NCBI GenBank assembly: GCA_034439575.1
Contig: JAWXAQ010000016.1
Location: 256,001-320,000 of the forward strand
Direction: 5' to 3'
Length of the DNA stretch: 64,000 nucleotides
From: Leptospira sp.
Lineage (GTDB): Bacteria; Spirochaetota; Leptospiria; Leptospirales; Leptospiraceae
The notes under the pieces are model-generated. The model was not told the origin of the DNA, searched no databases, and saw only the letters and a program-made list of their open reading frames with translations. This document shows positions 10,845 through 19,341 of this stretch, piece by piece. How positions within the stretch are numbered: the first letter of the stretch is position 1; each line of letters starts with the position of its first letter. The position numbers and the translations under genes are program-made.

Positions 10845-11643
10845 CTGTTTTTCTTGCCTTTTTCTTGGCAGCTTTCTTTTTACTCTTCGCCTTACTCTGA
10901 CTTTGTGAGGTTTTTTCCAATTTGTTTTGAATCAAATGAAGATCCGGCATTTTTTTGGGATCCAAATGCATAGTTGAAATCAAATGAGATAATTCCAACA
11001 TTTCACGTGTCCCGAGTAACCGTAATAACTCTAGAGCCGCACTGACACCTAACTTATGAAATATGGCCAAAGTATTTTCGACTCCAAAATAATTTAATAG
11101 AATAGGAAGCTCTTCGATACCACGCGTTTTTATCCACTTTTTGCAATCACTCACAGAAAGCACACTTACTAAAGATAATATGGAAGTAACATCGGATTCG
11201 GCAACCAACCATAGAAAATCTTTCATAGGAATTTCTTTAAGCAATGAAATCGCTTTGTCCATTCCTAATGTTTTTAATATTTCAACACTAGTTTCACGTC
11301 CGAGTGTCCTTGCCAATAAGCTTACATCAGCTGGAGGAATACTTCGTGCAACAAGCGCTAGATCATTCATAGGAAGTGAATGTATAAAATATACCAAATC
11401 CTCATCCGTATTTTCTCGAATCATGTCTACTAAGACACGTTCTGGAATTTGATTTACTAATTCTACAACTGTATCTTCGCTCAATTTTTGCGTCAGAACA
11501 ATCAATCTTTCTTTTGGCACTTTGCCTGTAAGCGATAGAAGTTTTTCATATCCTAGATTCTTTAGAATTTGAAACGACTTCTTTGGACCAAGTTTTTCCA
11601 AATATTGATAAACGCTTTGAATTGTGACGAGAACTTCTTTCAT
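10831..11643 (-). CDS. Helical-repeat hypothetical protein (MgtE N-domain-like) with a Lys-rich tail
   Basis: 270-aa ORF with roughly 12-residue amphipathic helical periodicity and a basic tail KSKKKAAKKKARK. Confidence 0.6.
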   Translation of the reverse strand: MKEVLVTIQSVYQYLEKLGPKKSFQILKNLGYEKLLSLTGKVPKERLIVLTQKLSEDTVVELVNQIPERVLVDMIRENTDEDLVYFIHSLPMNDLALVARSIPPADVSLLARTLGRETSVEILKTLGMDKAISLLKEIPMKDFLWLVAESDVTSILSLVSVLSVSDCKKWIKTRGIEELPILLNYFGVENTLAIFHKLGVSAALELLRLLGTREMLELSHLISTMHLDPKKMPDLHLIQNKLEKTSQSQSKAKSKKKAAKKKARKTVKRK

Positions 11644-11732
11644 AAAGGAAACTGTGACTCTAGTTTAAAGAAAGGGATGTAACTTCCAGAGAAATTCCTT
11701 GCGTCTGTGGGAATTTTTTTAAAAATTGAGGA

Positions 11733-12929
11733 GTGAAAAGACATTGGTTTCTGATCTCTATATGCATTTTTATTTTTTGTTATAGCTTCCTAATTTATTG
11801 GAAGTTGAGTCCTTACTCAGGGGCTTTTTCAGCATTGATCGGAATTTGGGAAGGTTTTGCTGAAATAAATCCAGATATCGTAGATAGCGGATTTGTTATC
11901 TTTCGAGACGGCGGATACGATGGCCAATTTTTCTATTATCTCGCCAAATCCATGTTTACTGATGTGAGCTGGGATCTTATCGTAGATTCATATGCCTTTC
12001 GTCTTCATAGAATAGGCCTCACTTTATTTCTCGGTGTCCCTTCCTATTTTTTCGGCTTCCAATTTTATCCACTAATAGGCGCTATTCTTCCGATACTTGT
12101 TTTTTTATATTCAGCTAAATGTTTATACAATTTATTTTCCGATGATAAAAAATATTTGACCCTCTTTTATATATTCTCTCCATTCTCTTTGAACTCCCAC
12201 CTTTTACTAGTAGCAGATGGTTTTTTTACCTCTCTCTGTTTAATTTCAATTTATCATATTTTCAAAAAATCAAATATATATTTGATCACAGCACTACTTA
12301 TTTTGACAGTTTTTACAAGAGAAATTGGTATTTTCCTAATTATTCCCTTACTAATGGAATCTATTTACCGCCGTGATTTAAAATCGAGCTCCTTATACGC
12401 ATTACCCCTTCTATTATTTTTTGTATTTTTATTTCTAACTCGTTTTTTCGAACCAAACCATCTAGGTACAAATCCATTAGGATTCACGGATATGATCGAT
12501 TATCCATTATTTGGTTTTTATAAAAGTTTTTTTGATTCAGGGCACTTTCATTTAACAGGAAAAGAAAGTACCAAACTTTTACTCGCATTTATGTGGATAC
12601 TTTCTTCGCTTTTTTGTATTTCATTGATTCAAAATATCAAAGCAAACTTTCAAAATTATTTATGGAATTATAACAATATCTCTTTATTATTGTTTCCGGT
12701 TTGTGCAAGTTTAGGTGTTATATTTTTTGCCGAAGAAGGTTACTGGCGTTCCTTTGATAATTTATCGCGCATGTTCACTTTGATTTTGCCATTGTTGTTA
12801 TTAATTTCATCTCAGAAAAGATCAGTTTTCATTGAGATTTTTCAATATTCAAGTTTGCTATTATTCTTTTTTCTCATTATACGTATTTTAGTCATAACAA
12901 AAGTTAAGGATTTCTATTTTTCATCATGA
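11733..12929 (+). CDS. Polytopic membrane protein, probably GT-C-like (surface glycopolymer synthesis)
   Basis: Many TM helices, a GYDGQFFY loop motif, and a TRE motif after a TM helix. Confidence 0.6.
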   Translation: MKRHWFLISICIFIFCYSFLIYWKLSPYSGAFSALIGIWEGFAEINPDIVDSGFVIFRDGGYDGQFFYYLAKSMFTDVSWDLIVDSYAFRLHRIGLTLFLGVPSYFFGFQFYPLIGAILPILVFLYSAKCLYNLFSDDKKYLTLFYIFSPFSLNSHLLLVADGFFTSLCLISIYHIFKKSNIYLITALLILTVFTREIGIFLIIPLLMESIYRRDLKSSSLYALPLLLFFVFLFLTRFFEPNHLGTNPLGFTDMIDYPLFGFYKSFFDSGHFHLTGKESTKLLLAFMWILSSLFCISLIQNIKANFQNYLWNYNNISLLLFPVCASLGVIFFAEEGYWRSFDNLSRMFTLILPLLLLISSQKRSVFIEIFQYSSLLLFFFLIIRILVITKVKDFYFSS

Positions 12930-13762
12930 TATCAATTGCCTATAGCCCATGCCCCAATGATACTTTCCTATTTTACCACTTGGTTCATAAACAAATTCCA
13001 GGATACGATCAGATTAGTGAAGAGTTATGGGATGTTGAAAATCTAAATGAATTCGCCAAACTAGGAAAATATCCTGTCACAAAAATATCTTTTGCGGCAT
13101 ACTTTTCCGTAATTAAAAATTATATATTACTCGAAACAGGTTCGGCTTTAGGGAGAGGTTGTGGTCCACTCGTAGTGAGAAAAAAGGGGAGCCATGCCAA
13201 ATTAAAAGAAGGTTCTGACATACTCGTACCTGGCCTTCTAACGACCGCTAATCTTTTATTATCCCTTGTTACATCTGGTAGTCATAAAGCGAGGCCTATG
13301 CGCTATGATCAGATTATCCCGAATGTATTAAATGATGAATCTGAATTAGGTGTCATCATTCACGAAGAAAGATTCACTTATGAACAAAGAGGATTAGAAA
13401 AGGTCATTGATTTAGGAGAATGGTGGGAAAAAGACACTGGTTTACCCATACCCCTTGGTGCTATAGCCATTCACCGCGATATACCAAGAGATGAGGCATT
13501 GCATTTTCAATCAGGCCTCAAAAAAAGCTTAGATGCTGCGTATAACAAACCTGATGCTATGTATAAGTATATAAAAGAAAATTCTCAGAATAAAGAAGAT
13601 GACGTGATTAAGGCTCACATTGATTTATATGTTAATTCTTTCACAAAATCATTGGGTGAGGAAGGGCACAATGCGATTCAAGTTTTGTTTGATAGAGCTG
13701 TTAATGCAGGGTTTACCAAACAAAACGATGAAAATCTGCCACTTTTTTTAGGACAAAGTTAA
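12926..13762 (+). CDS. mqnD: 1,4-dihydroxy-6-naphthoate synthase (futalosine menaquinone pathway)
   Basis: Motifs SPCPNDTF, GSALGRGCGP, IIHEERFTY, DLGEWWE..TGLPIPLG and HIDLYVN. Confidence 0.93.
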   Translation: MISIAYSPCPNDTFLFYHLVHKQIPGYDQISEELWDVENLNEFAKLGKYPVTKISFAAYFSVIKNYILLETGSALGRGCGPLVVRKKGSHAKLKEGSDILVPGLLTTANLLLSLVTSGSHKARPMRYDQIIPNVLNDESELGVIIHEERFTYEQRGLEKVIDLGEWWEKDTGLPIPLGAIAIHRDIPRDEALHFQSGLKKSLDAAYNKPDAMYKYIKENSQNKEDDVIKAHIDLYVNSFTKSLGEEGHNAIQVLFDRAVNAGFTKQNDENLPLFLGQS

Positions 13763-16258
13763 GAGACAAAGTATAAGCCCTTTATCTCTCTTTAGGGGTT
13801 CTAATGCTTTCGCAACTAACATACCAGGCTTCAATTTATTCGGATCCGCTTTGATTGCATGACCCGAAGCTAATCCAGAAACAAGTAAGTCTCCGGGTAT
13901 AATGCCACCTTGAGTCGCATCCGCATGAATCTTTGTAAAGCCAAGAAATGCGACAAGTGCATATTCAAGCCCCTTTATTTCTTTACCGAATATTAAATTG
14001 GCACTTCCCACACAAACCCCTATGACATTGGTAGAGTAGGGGTGTTTGGATCTTGAAAGCACATTTGATTCTTCTGTTCCGACAAGTAAATCACCTGGAG
14101 TGACCACATCTCTTTGGTCTAATCGGAAAAATCTTCCGATACATTCTTCTTGCCCATCTTTGGACACACGAATGTTGCCATCAAATAATGAGTCGCCTAA
14201 CGCATGTACTGCCCTGCCAGAACCAAGCCATTCATTTTCTGGAATGCCTGCACCATTAGCAAAAATTGCATACCCTGATTGAGAAATAAATTGTCCTCCT
14301 GATGTATTGGCACCAACACCTAACACACCAGCACTATCTTTGAAATCCTTCCCTTTGGAAAGACCGATGACCCCTATTTTTTCTGAAAAACCGACAAGCC
14401 CACTTCCATTTCCTATCCCAATTATGCCTGAACCTTCACTCGTATTTTTACCATATATCACAGAGTCATTCGCGACTGGAGGGACTAGACCCTTTGATGG
14501 AGAAGAGGATTCACCAGAAATTCGTAAAAATCCAATATGGGAATCATAACTATGCTGTTTTTCGGCATATTCGTGTGTATGTGGCTTCGGATCCCTTTTG
14601 TCACTGAGTCTCGGATCATCAGCTAACACGACTTTGCCCGAAGCAGACTCTCCAAGCCTTGACAATGTGACAACGCCCGCCTTATCAAAATCAGCAGGCT
14701 GGATTCGTTTATCATCACCCTGTACAACGACCCCCGCTTTATTCTCCCCAGAATGAGCTAATTGAACAATACCATACTGTTCCGTGGTTCCATGCTTTAA
14801 TCTCTTATCATTGGCTTGTACTACTGTATCTGGCTCTTCGCCACCGTTTAACGCTAATTTTACGATACCTTTTGCAGTGGCAGTCGCATCTCTTAACCTT
14901 GAATCATCTCCAGTCACTACGCGGTCATGCGCTACTTCAGCAGAATCTGCGAGTTGCACAAGGCCATACGTTTTTTTTGTCGCAATACGTAAACGGGAAT
15001 CATTTCCTTGCACGACCACACCAGGTCTTGTTTCACCATCTTCAGCAAGTTCTACGATCCCCGAGTGCTCTGTACTTGCTGTGCGTAATCTCTCATCATC
15101 AGATTGGACAACAAGACCAGGTCTTGCCTCACCCGACCTTCCCAAACGCACCAATCCATGGGAAAGTTCAGTGGCGATTTTTAGGCGTTTATCATTTCCT
15201 TGAACAACAACTCCAGGTTTTTCTTCACCATCACTCGCAAGTTCTACGATACCGCGATATTCGGTGCTGGCATCGCGAAGTCTTCTGTCATTCGATTGGA
15301 CAACCACTCCTTCTTTTACTTCACCATCTACAGCAAGACGAATAATTCCTGAACGTAAGACAGAAGCGTAGGGGAGGGGTTCTCTCATAGGGCCACCTGA
15401 ATCTTTTTTATCAGGGCTAGAATAAAGTTCAATTTCTATAACTTCCGTTATATACTCTTTTTTGTTTTGTTGTTTTTCTTGTATAAAAACGATTTTCAAA
15501 AAACGCAAATTAACCGGAGAAACTCGCCATTTATACCATGTTCCAGGTTCAGAAAGAAAATTATTCTCTTCGTGTAACTGGTGCCAGGTGAGGTCGTCTT
15601 CACTATAATATGCTATAAACCGCTCTGGGAAATTTGTAATCGGATCATTTTTTGTCAACATACGAATTTCTTCGACTCGGTTGACACTGCCTAAATCAAA
15701 GATTAAATATTCGTCTTCAGGTTCTTCTTTTTTTTGTGAAGACCATCCATAGTCCGGCCTAGTATCGATTAAATTTTCTTTTACCCATAAGCGATCCAAT
15801 TCGGAACTCGCTTTTATACTAGTAACGCCCGTTACAAGAAGCTTCAAATTTCCGAAATTAATTCTATTTTTCCCACTGCTAGTCTTACGTGCAATTTTTG
15901 AAACGAACTTCACATAACGAGCGCTAGTTAGCGAAAAAAGCCACTTCGCTTGCGTTTTGAATGATTTGCGAAAAGCAGATTCTTGGAGTATGGGCTCCCA
16001 GTACTTTCCATCGTGCGATAATTCAAACCTAAATGAGTCAGGGAAATAGTCCAAACCGTCTTTTCCAGGATGCAATTCAATCCCATTGAAAAATACAGCT
16101 TCATCAAATTCAAAAATAATGGAGGATAGTCCCGCTTGGTCTCTTTCTTCAAAAAAGGAAACGAACTCTTGGTTTTTCAATTCGTATTGTCCCGTCGTTT
16201 TTACGGAACGAATGGGTAGCGAATTGGGGTGGCTGACACGGATCAGATTATCTTTCAT
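13748..16258 (-). CDS. Protein with discoidin (F5/8 type C)-like domains and phage tail-fibre-like repeats
   Basis: Two N-terminal beta-sandwich units (FPxxF...SxDxxxW...RYVKF/RFLKI), eight 32-aa repeats, an HTH His motif, a Gly-rich segment, and a C-terminal PGDLLV...KALE domain. Confidence 0.8.
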   Translation of the reverse strand: MKDNLIRVSHPNSLPIRSVKTTGQYELKNQEFVSFFEERDQAGLSSIIFEFDEAVFFNGIELHPGKDGLDYFPDSFRFELSHDGKYWEPILQESAFRKSFKTQAKWLFSLTSARYVKFVSKIARKTSSGKNRINFGNLKLLVTGVTSIKASSELDRLWVKENLIDTRPDYGWSSQKKEEPEDEYLIFDLGSVNRVEEIRMLTKNDPITNFPERFIAYYSEDDLTWHQLHEENNFLSEPGTWYKWRVSPVNLRFLKIVFIQEKQQNKKEYITEVIEIELYSSPDKKDSGGPMREPLPYASVLRSGIIRLAVDGEVKEGVVVQSNDRRLRDASTEYRGIVELASDGEEKPGVVVQGNDKRLKIATELSHGLVRLGRSGEARPGLVVQSDDERLRTASTEHSGIVELAEDGETRPGVVVQGNDSRLRIATKKTYGLVQLADSAEVAHDRVVTGDDSRLRDATATAKGIVKLALNGGEEPDTVVQANDKRLKHGTTEQYGIVQLAHSGENKAGVVVQGDDKRIQPADFDKAGVVTLSRLGESASGKVVLADDPRLSDKRDPKPHTHEYAEKQHSYDSHIGFLRISGESSSPSKGLVPPVANDSVIYGKNTSEGSGIIGIGNGSGLVGFSEKIGVIGLSKGKDFKDSAGVLGVGANTSGGQFISQSGYAIFANGAGIPENEWLGSGRAVHALGDSLFDGNIRVSKDGQEECIGRFFRLDQRDVVTPGDLLVGTEESNVLSRSKHPYSTNVIGVCVGSANLIFGKEIKGLEYALVAFLGFTKIHADATQGGIIPGDLLVSGLASGHAIKADPNKLKPGMLVAKALEPLKRDKGLILCLLTLS
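14600..15367 (-). repeat. Eight tandem 96-nt (32-aa) coding repeats, consensus AxxxxxGIVxLAxxGExxxGVVVQGxDxRLxx
   Basis: Read directly from the translation, from ASVLRSGIIRLA to DDPRLSD. Confidence 0.9.
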
Positions 16259-16303
16259 GCTATATTAAACTTCCTTCCAAAAATTTCAATTTTTCTCTCT
16301 AGT

Positions 16304-17215
16304 CTATCGAATTTCACTCAAACGTGATTCTTCTTCTTTTTCTTGAAAAATAACGACCAGCTTCGGGGAAACTTTTTCAGTGAAATATTTATGTATAATT
16401 TGTTTTGCAAAACCGGAAACGGGGGAAATGATCAATAAAACCTTTCCATCCAGATGGATCTCTATTTTTTCCAAATCCTTCCAAGTTGTATGAGAAAGCT
16501 GCTGGCTTGCCCATCCCAAAAATCCTAACCAAGAAGCAGGGTGGGTGACCTGTACTTCATCTGTTTTAATCTGCTCAAATTTAGTCAATTTTCCATTCTT
16601 TTGCATTACCTTCTCTTTGCAGAGACCAAGTAAATAATTCATATCTTTTTCCAGTTGCAAAGATGACGCATGAGAATAGCAAGAAAATGCGATATCCGTC
16701 CCAAAAAGGGAGACTAGTTCTTCCAGGGAACTTGTCTTTTCTTCCTGCTTTGGATTCAAATTCCCTTTGGGGTCTAATTGGTTAGTATTAGATATAGTTA
16801 TATTAATATGGTTCGGGGATATTCCAGTAACCCCCTTATCTGGATTTTGATCCCCCCCTGCCTGGTCAAAACGTATCCCACCGTGGGGTATATTTGTATC
16901 CCCGAGGGGGGTAATTTTGGATCCCTCATAGTGGAATGAAAAGTGGTATCTGGTCGCAGTTTTTCCGCTCCCAGGGACTTGGTACAAAAGACCGGCTTTG
17001 GTCAGTTCTTTTTTTGCCTGAACGATTGATTTTTTAGTTTTGAAACCTGTTAATCCGAGTAGGGTTTCTGTGCCAGGCCAAACCGGCTTAAACTTAGAAT
17101 CACTAAATTTCAAAAGCACCGGGTACAGAGTTTTAGCGGCACTGGACAAATTTGCCCAGACACCAGAATCTATAATGTCCGTCATAAAGCGGATATAGGG
17201 ATGGTAGTCACTCAT
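16304..17215 (-). CDS. rep: Replication initiator Rep (N-terminal winged HTH) of the secondary replicon
   Basis: N-terminal wHTH of phage/plasmid-initiator type (LSSAAKTLYPVLL...VWPGTETLLGLTG...KELTKAGLL), directly downstream of parAB. The ATG at 17215 is preceded by GGAGG. Confidence 0.78.
   Translation of the reverse strand: MSDYHPYIRFMTDIIDSGVWANLSSAAKTLYPVLLKFSDSKFKPVWPGTETLLGLTGFKTKKSIVQAKKELTKAGLLYQVPGSGKTATRYHFSFHYEGSKITPLGDTNIPHGGIRFDQAGGDQNPDKGVTGISPNHINITISNTNQLDPKGNLNPKQEEKTSSLEELVSLFGTDIAFSCYSHASSLQLEKDMNYLLGLCKEKVMQKNGKLTKFEQIKTDEVQVTHPASWLGFLGWASQQLSHTTWKDLEKIEIHLDGKVLLIISPVSGFAKQIIHKYFTEKVSPKLVVIFQEKEEESRLSEIR
16781..16930. repeat. Iteron-like repeats at 21-25 bp spacing plus an adjacent AT-rich tract inside rep (candidate origin)
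   Basis: GTAACCCC at 16827, TGATCCCC at 16848, GTATCCCA at 16873, GTATCCCC at 16896 and GGATCCCT at 16919; AT-rich tract at 16781-16810. Confidence 0.5.
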
Positions 17216-17275
17216 CCGACCTCCTATAAAATTGCGCAAAAAACAAACTAATTCTAAGCAAATTTTACGAAGGTC

Positions 17276-17303
17276 TTGACATTATTTGACATAATGTTAA
17301 TTA
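17276..17303 (+). promoter_or_regulatory. Candidate sigma70 promoter for the counter-transcript
   Basis: TTGACA at 17276-17281 (second copy at 17286) and an imperfect -10 in TGTTAATTA; the region also forms an imperfect inverted repeat TTGACATTA...TAATGTTAA. Confidence 0.4.
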
Positions 17304-17307
17304 TGTC

Positions 17308-17367
17308 TCATCCAACAACATTCCTTCGGGAAAACCCGGTCCCCTGTTCGCGCAGGGGATTTTTTTT
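17308..17367 (+). ncRNA. Putative ~60-nt antisense counter-transcript to the rep leader
   Basis: TTCC-TTCG-GGAA hairpin (C-UUCG-G tetraloop) at 17321-17332, followed by an intrinsic terminator. It lies opposite to parB-rep. The 5' end is estimated. Confidence 0.55.
17339..17367 (+). terminator. Rho-independent terminator
   Basis: GTCCCCTG-TTCGCG-CAGGGGAT stem-loop followed by a run of 8 T. Confidence 0.8.
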
Positions 17368-17457
17368 ATCTTTCTCGCAAGATATAGGTTTTCCTACGTT
17401 CCGTATCTATTTTTATCGGGACGAAGTACTTAAATTTCGTTTACTATATTATGTCAC

Positions 17458-17485
17458 ATTATTGCCAAATCCCAGAGACTGTCAA
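17458..17485 (-). promoter_or_regulatory. Candidate sigma70 promoter for rep
   Basis: The minus strand reads TTGACA-16 nt-AATAAT, which would give a leader of about 235 nt before the rep ATG. Confidence 0.55.
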
Positions 17486-17554
17486 GTTTGTACCTAATTT
17501 TTTGCCTAGGCACCTAATATTTTTTGTCTAAGTACTTGACAAGCAAGTACTTGT

Positions 17555-18379
17555 TTAGGTATTGGCTGATTCGCCGAATTTTTTTGAAAGTTCCTTTTTC
17601 AGGTATTTCAGAATTTCTCCGAGCAAAATTTCATCTTCCGATTGGATGGAAATTGTGTTTCCTGTCCGCTTTACTTTATATTGAGCAGGTATCCTTCTCT
17701 CGGGAGATGTTTTGGTTTCTTTCCCTTTTTTATTAAAATCTTTGGCATCCCGAACTGTCTTCAAAACACCTTTAGAATACATCTCTAAAAAATTTTGCAA
17801 AGAGCCACTTTTTGCAGCCTGTGCAGCTTGGACGAGAAGGTTCTTATTTTGTATATTTACAGCTCTACATTTCGCCAAATCAGGTTTTGTCATGCCAGCA
17901 ATGGAGAGCACTTCGGACATATAACTTCGACTTTTTCCAAAAAGATCCCCCAGTTCTGCATCAGTATAACTGTGAGCATTTTTCAAAAAGAGTAGGGCAT
18001 CCACTTCTTCATAAGGTGATAAATTTTCTCTTTGGAGGTTTTCGATAACGGCAAGTTTATAAATTTCCTTTTCTGGACGGTCTAGAATTTTACATTCAAT
18101 TTCAGTCCAGCCAATTGATTTTGCCGCGTGGAATCTTCTTTCCCCGGCGATGATTCGGTAATGGTCCTCACCACGACCTTTCGAAACTACAATTGGTTGT
18201 AACAACCCATCCGTACGAAGGGAAGAGGCTAACTCATCGATTCCTTTCTTTCTTTCTTGCCTTGGTTGGTTTTCTGCTGGTTCGATTTTATCCAAACGGA
18301 TTGTTCGAATCGTTCCATCTAAATTTTCGGATTGGTAAATATCGGCAAGTGAGCCGAGTCTTTTACTTTTTAAGCTCAC
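17555..18379 (-). CDS. parB: ParB/Spo0J partition protein
   Basis: Motifs QPR, GLLQPIVV, IIAGERRFHAA and IENLQRENLSP, plus an HTH (LGDLFGKSRSYMS). Confidence 0.95.
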   Translation of the reverse strand: MSLKSKRLGSLADIYQSENLDGTIRTIRLDKIEPAENQPRQERKKGIDELASSLRTDGLLQPIVVSKGRGEDHYRIIAGERRFHAAKSIGWTEIECKILDRPEKEIYKLAVIENLQRENLSPYEEVDALLFLKNAHSYTDAELGDLFGKSRSYMSEVLSIAGMTKPDLAKCRAVNIQNKNLLVQAAQAAKSGSLQNFLEMYSKGVLKTVRDAKDFNKKGKETKTSPERRIPAQYKVKRTGNTISIQSEDEILLGEILKYLKKELSKKFGESANT

Positions 18380-19115
18380 GGAGAACCTCCTCTAAAAATC
18401 CTTCATATTCTTGAGATTGTCTCGAAGTGCGATTATAGTCATAAACTGATTTTTTTGCTAAATGACTTTCTCCAATGGCGACTCCATCCGAAATCGTATG
18501 GTCAAAAATCCTGAAATATTTGCCGAGAACTGGTAAAATTGTTTTGGTAAGTAGAGTTTGCGGTTTTAGCTGAGTGATTAACGCACCCAAAATTTCCAAA
18601 TCTGGATTGATCCTTTTTTTGATAGAGGATATGGTCTGTTGGAGTCCCATAATTCCATCCATCGAAAATTTCTCTGCTTGGAGAGGGATCAAAACATAAT
18701 TTGAGGCAACCAAACTATTGACTGTAAAAATTGAAAGAGAAGGTGGACAGTCAATGATCGCAAAATCGAAGTCTTTTAAATCCTGGAGCGAGTCCCGCAG
18801 AATATAAGGAGCTTCCACGGAATTAACAGAAACCGTTTCCATTTCCGCCAAGCGCATGCTAGATGGAGCTATCCACAAATATTCGTTATACGCCGGGATG
18901 ATGATATCTTTTATTTTCGCAGCGTTTTGAAATAAATGCGCAAGGTCTTTGTCGATGGTCTCTGGGTTTATAAAAATTCCCGTCGAGTTGGCTTGCGGGT
19001 CCATATCGATCAGAAGGGTTTTGTAATTTTTCCTAGCAAGTCCCATAGCAAGGTTGAGAGATGTAGTTGTTTTTCCTTCTCCGCCCTTTTGGTTTGCAAT
19101 TGCGATGGTGATCAT
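18363..19115 (-). CDS. parA: ParA/Soj partition ATPase
   Basis: Deviant Walker A NQKGGEGKTT, IDMDPQAN and IIDCPPSL; overlaps parB. Confidence 0.95.
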   Translation of the reverse strand: MITIAIANQKGGEGKTTTSLNLAMGLARKNYKTLLIDMDPQANSTGIFINPETIDKDLAHLFQNAAKIKDIIIPAYNEYLWIAPSSMRLAEMETVSVNSVEAPYILRDSLQDLKDFDFAIIDCPPSLSIFTVNSLVASNYVLIPLQAEKFSMDGIMGLQQTISSIKKRINPDLEILGALITQLKPQTLLTKTILPVLGKYFRIFDHTISDGVAIGESHLAKKSVYDYNRTSRQSQEYEGFLEEVLRELKK

Positions 19116-19222
19116 AGGCCTCTAATTCCTTCTCTTTTGGTATGGTTTTGATGGAAAATACTTCTAGCAATTGAAATTTCAAAATTGTATAAAAAAAGAA
19201 ATTTTGTCTGCATCTCCTTTAT

Positions 19223-19289
19223 TGTCGGACATCCGACATACCAAAAATTAGAAAAAAGTATCTGTTGGATTTGTGTCGGACATCCGACA
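19223..19289. promoter_or_regulatory. Two identical 16-bp palindromes TGTCGGA-CA-TCCGACA (candidate parS or parAB operator)
   Basis: Exact copies at 19223-19238 and 19274-19289, just upstream of parA. Confidence 0.7.
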
Positions 19290-19341
19290 TTCAAAACGGT
19301 ACGTACTTGACAAAGTGATTAAATTTAAACAGTTTCATAGC

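Noticed and set aside
11515-11530. TGGCAC...TTGC resembling a sigma54 site
   Set aside because: Wrong -24/-12 spacing, and it lies inside a coding region.
14046-15345. Long antisense ORFs within the tail-fibre-like gene, and similar shadow ORFs elsewhere in the track
   Set aside because: Explained by codon bias and repeat structure of the real gene on the opposite strand.
17276-17497. 73-aa plus-strand ORF in the parB-rep gap
   Set aside because: Starts at the TTG of a -35 box, has no RBS, and runs through a strong terminator.
13748-19115. Intact prophage
   Set aside because: No integrase, terminase, portal, capsid or lysis genes; the flanks are housekeeping genes.
19112-19341. 60-aa minus-strand ORF with repeated VGCPT, and the N-terminal extension of the regulator ORF
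   Set aside because: The peptide repeat simply reflects the two DNA palindromes.
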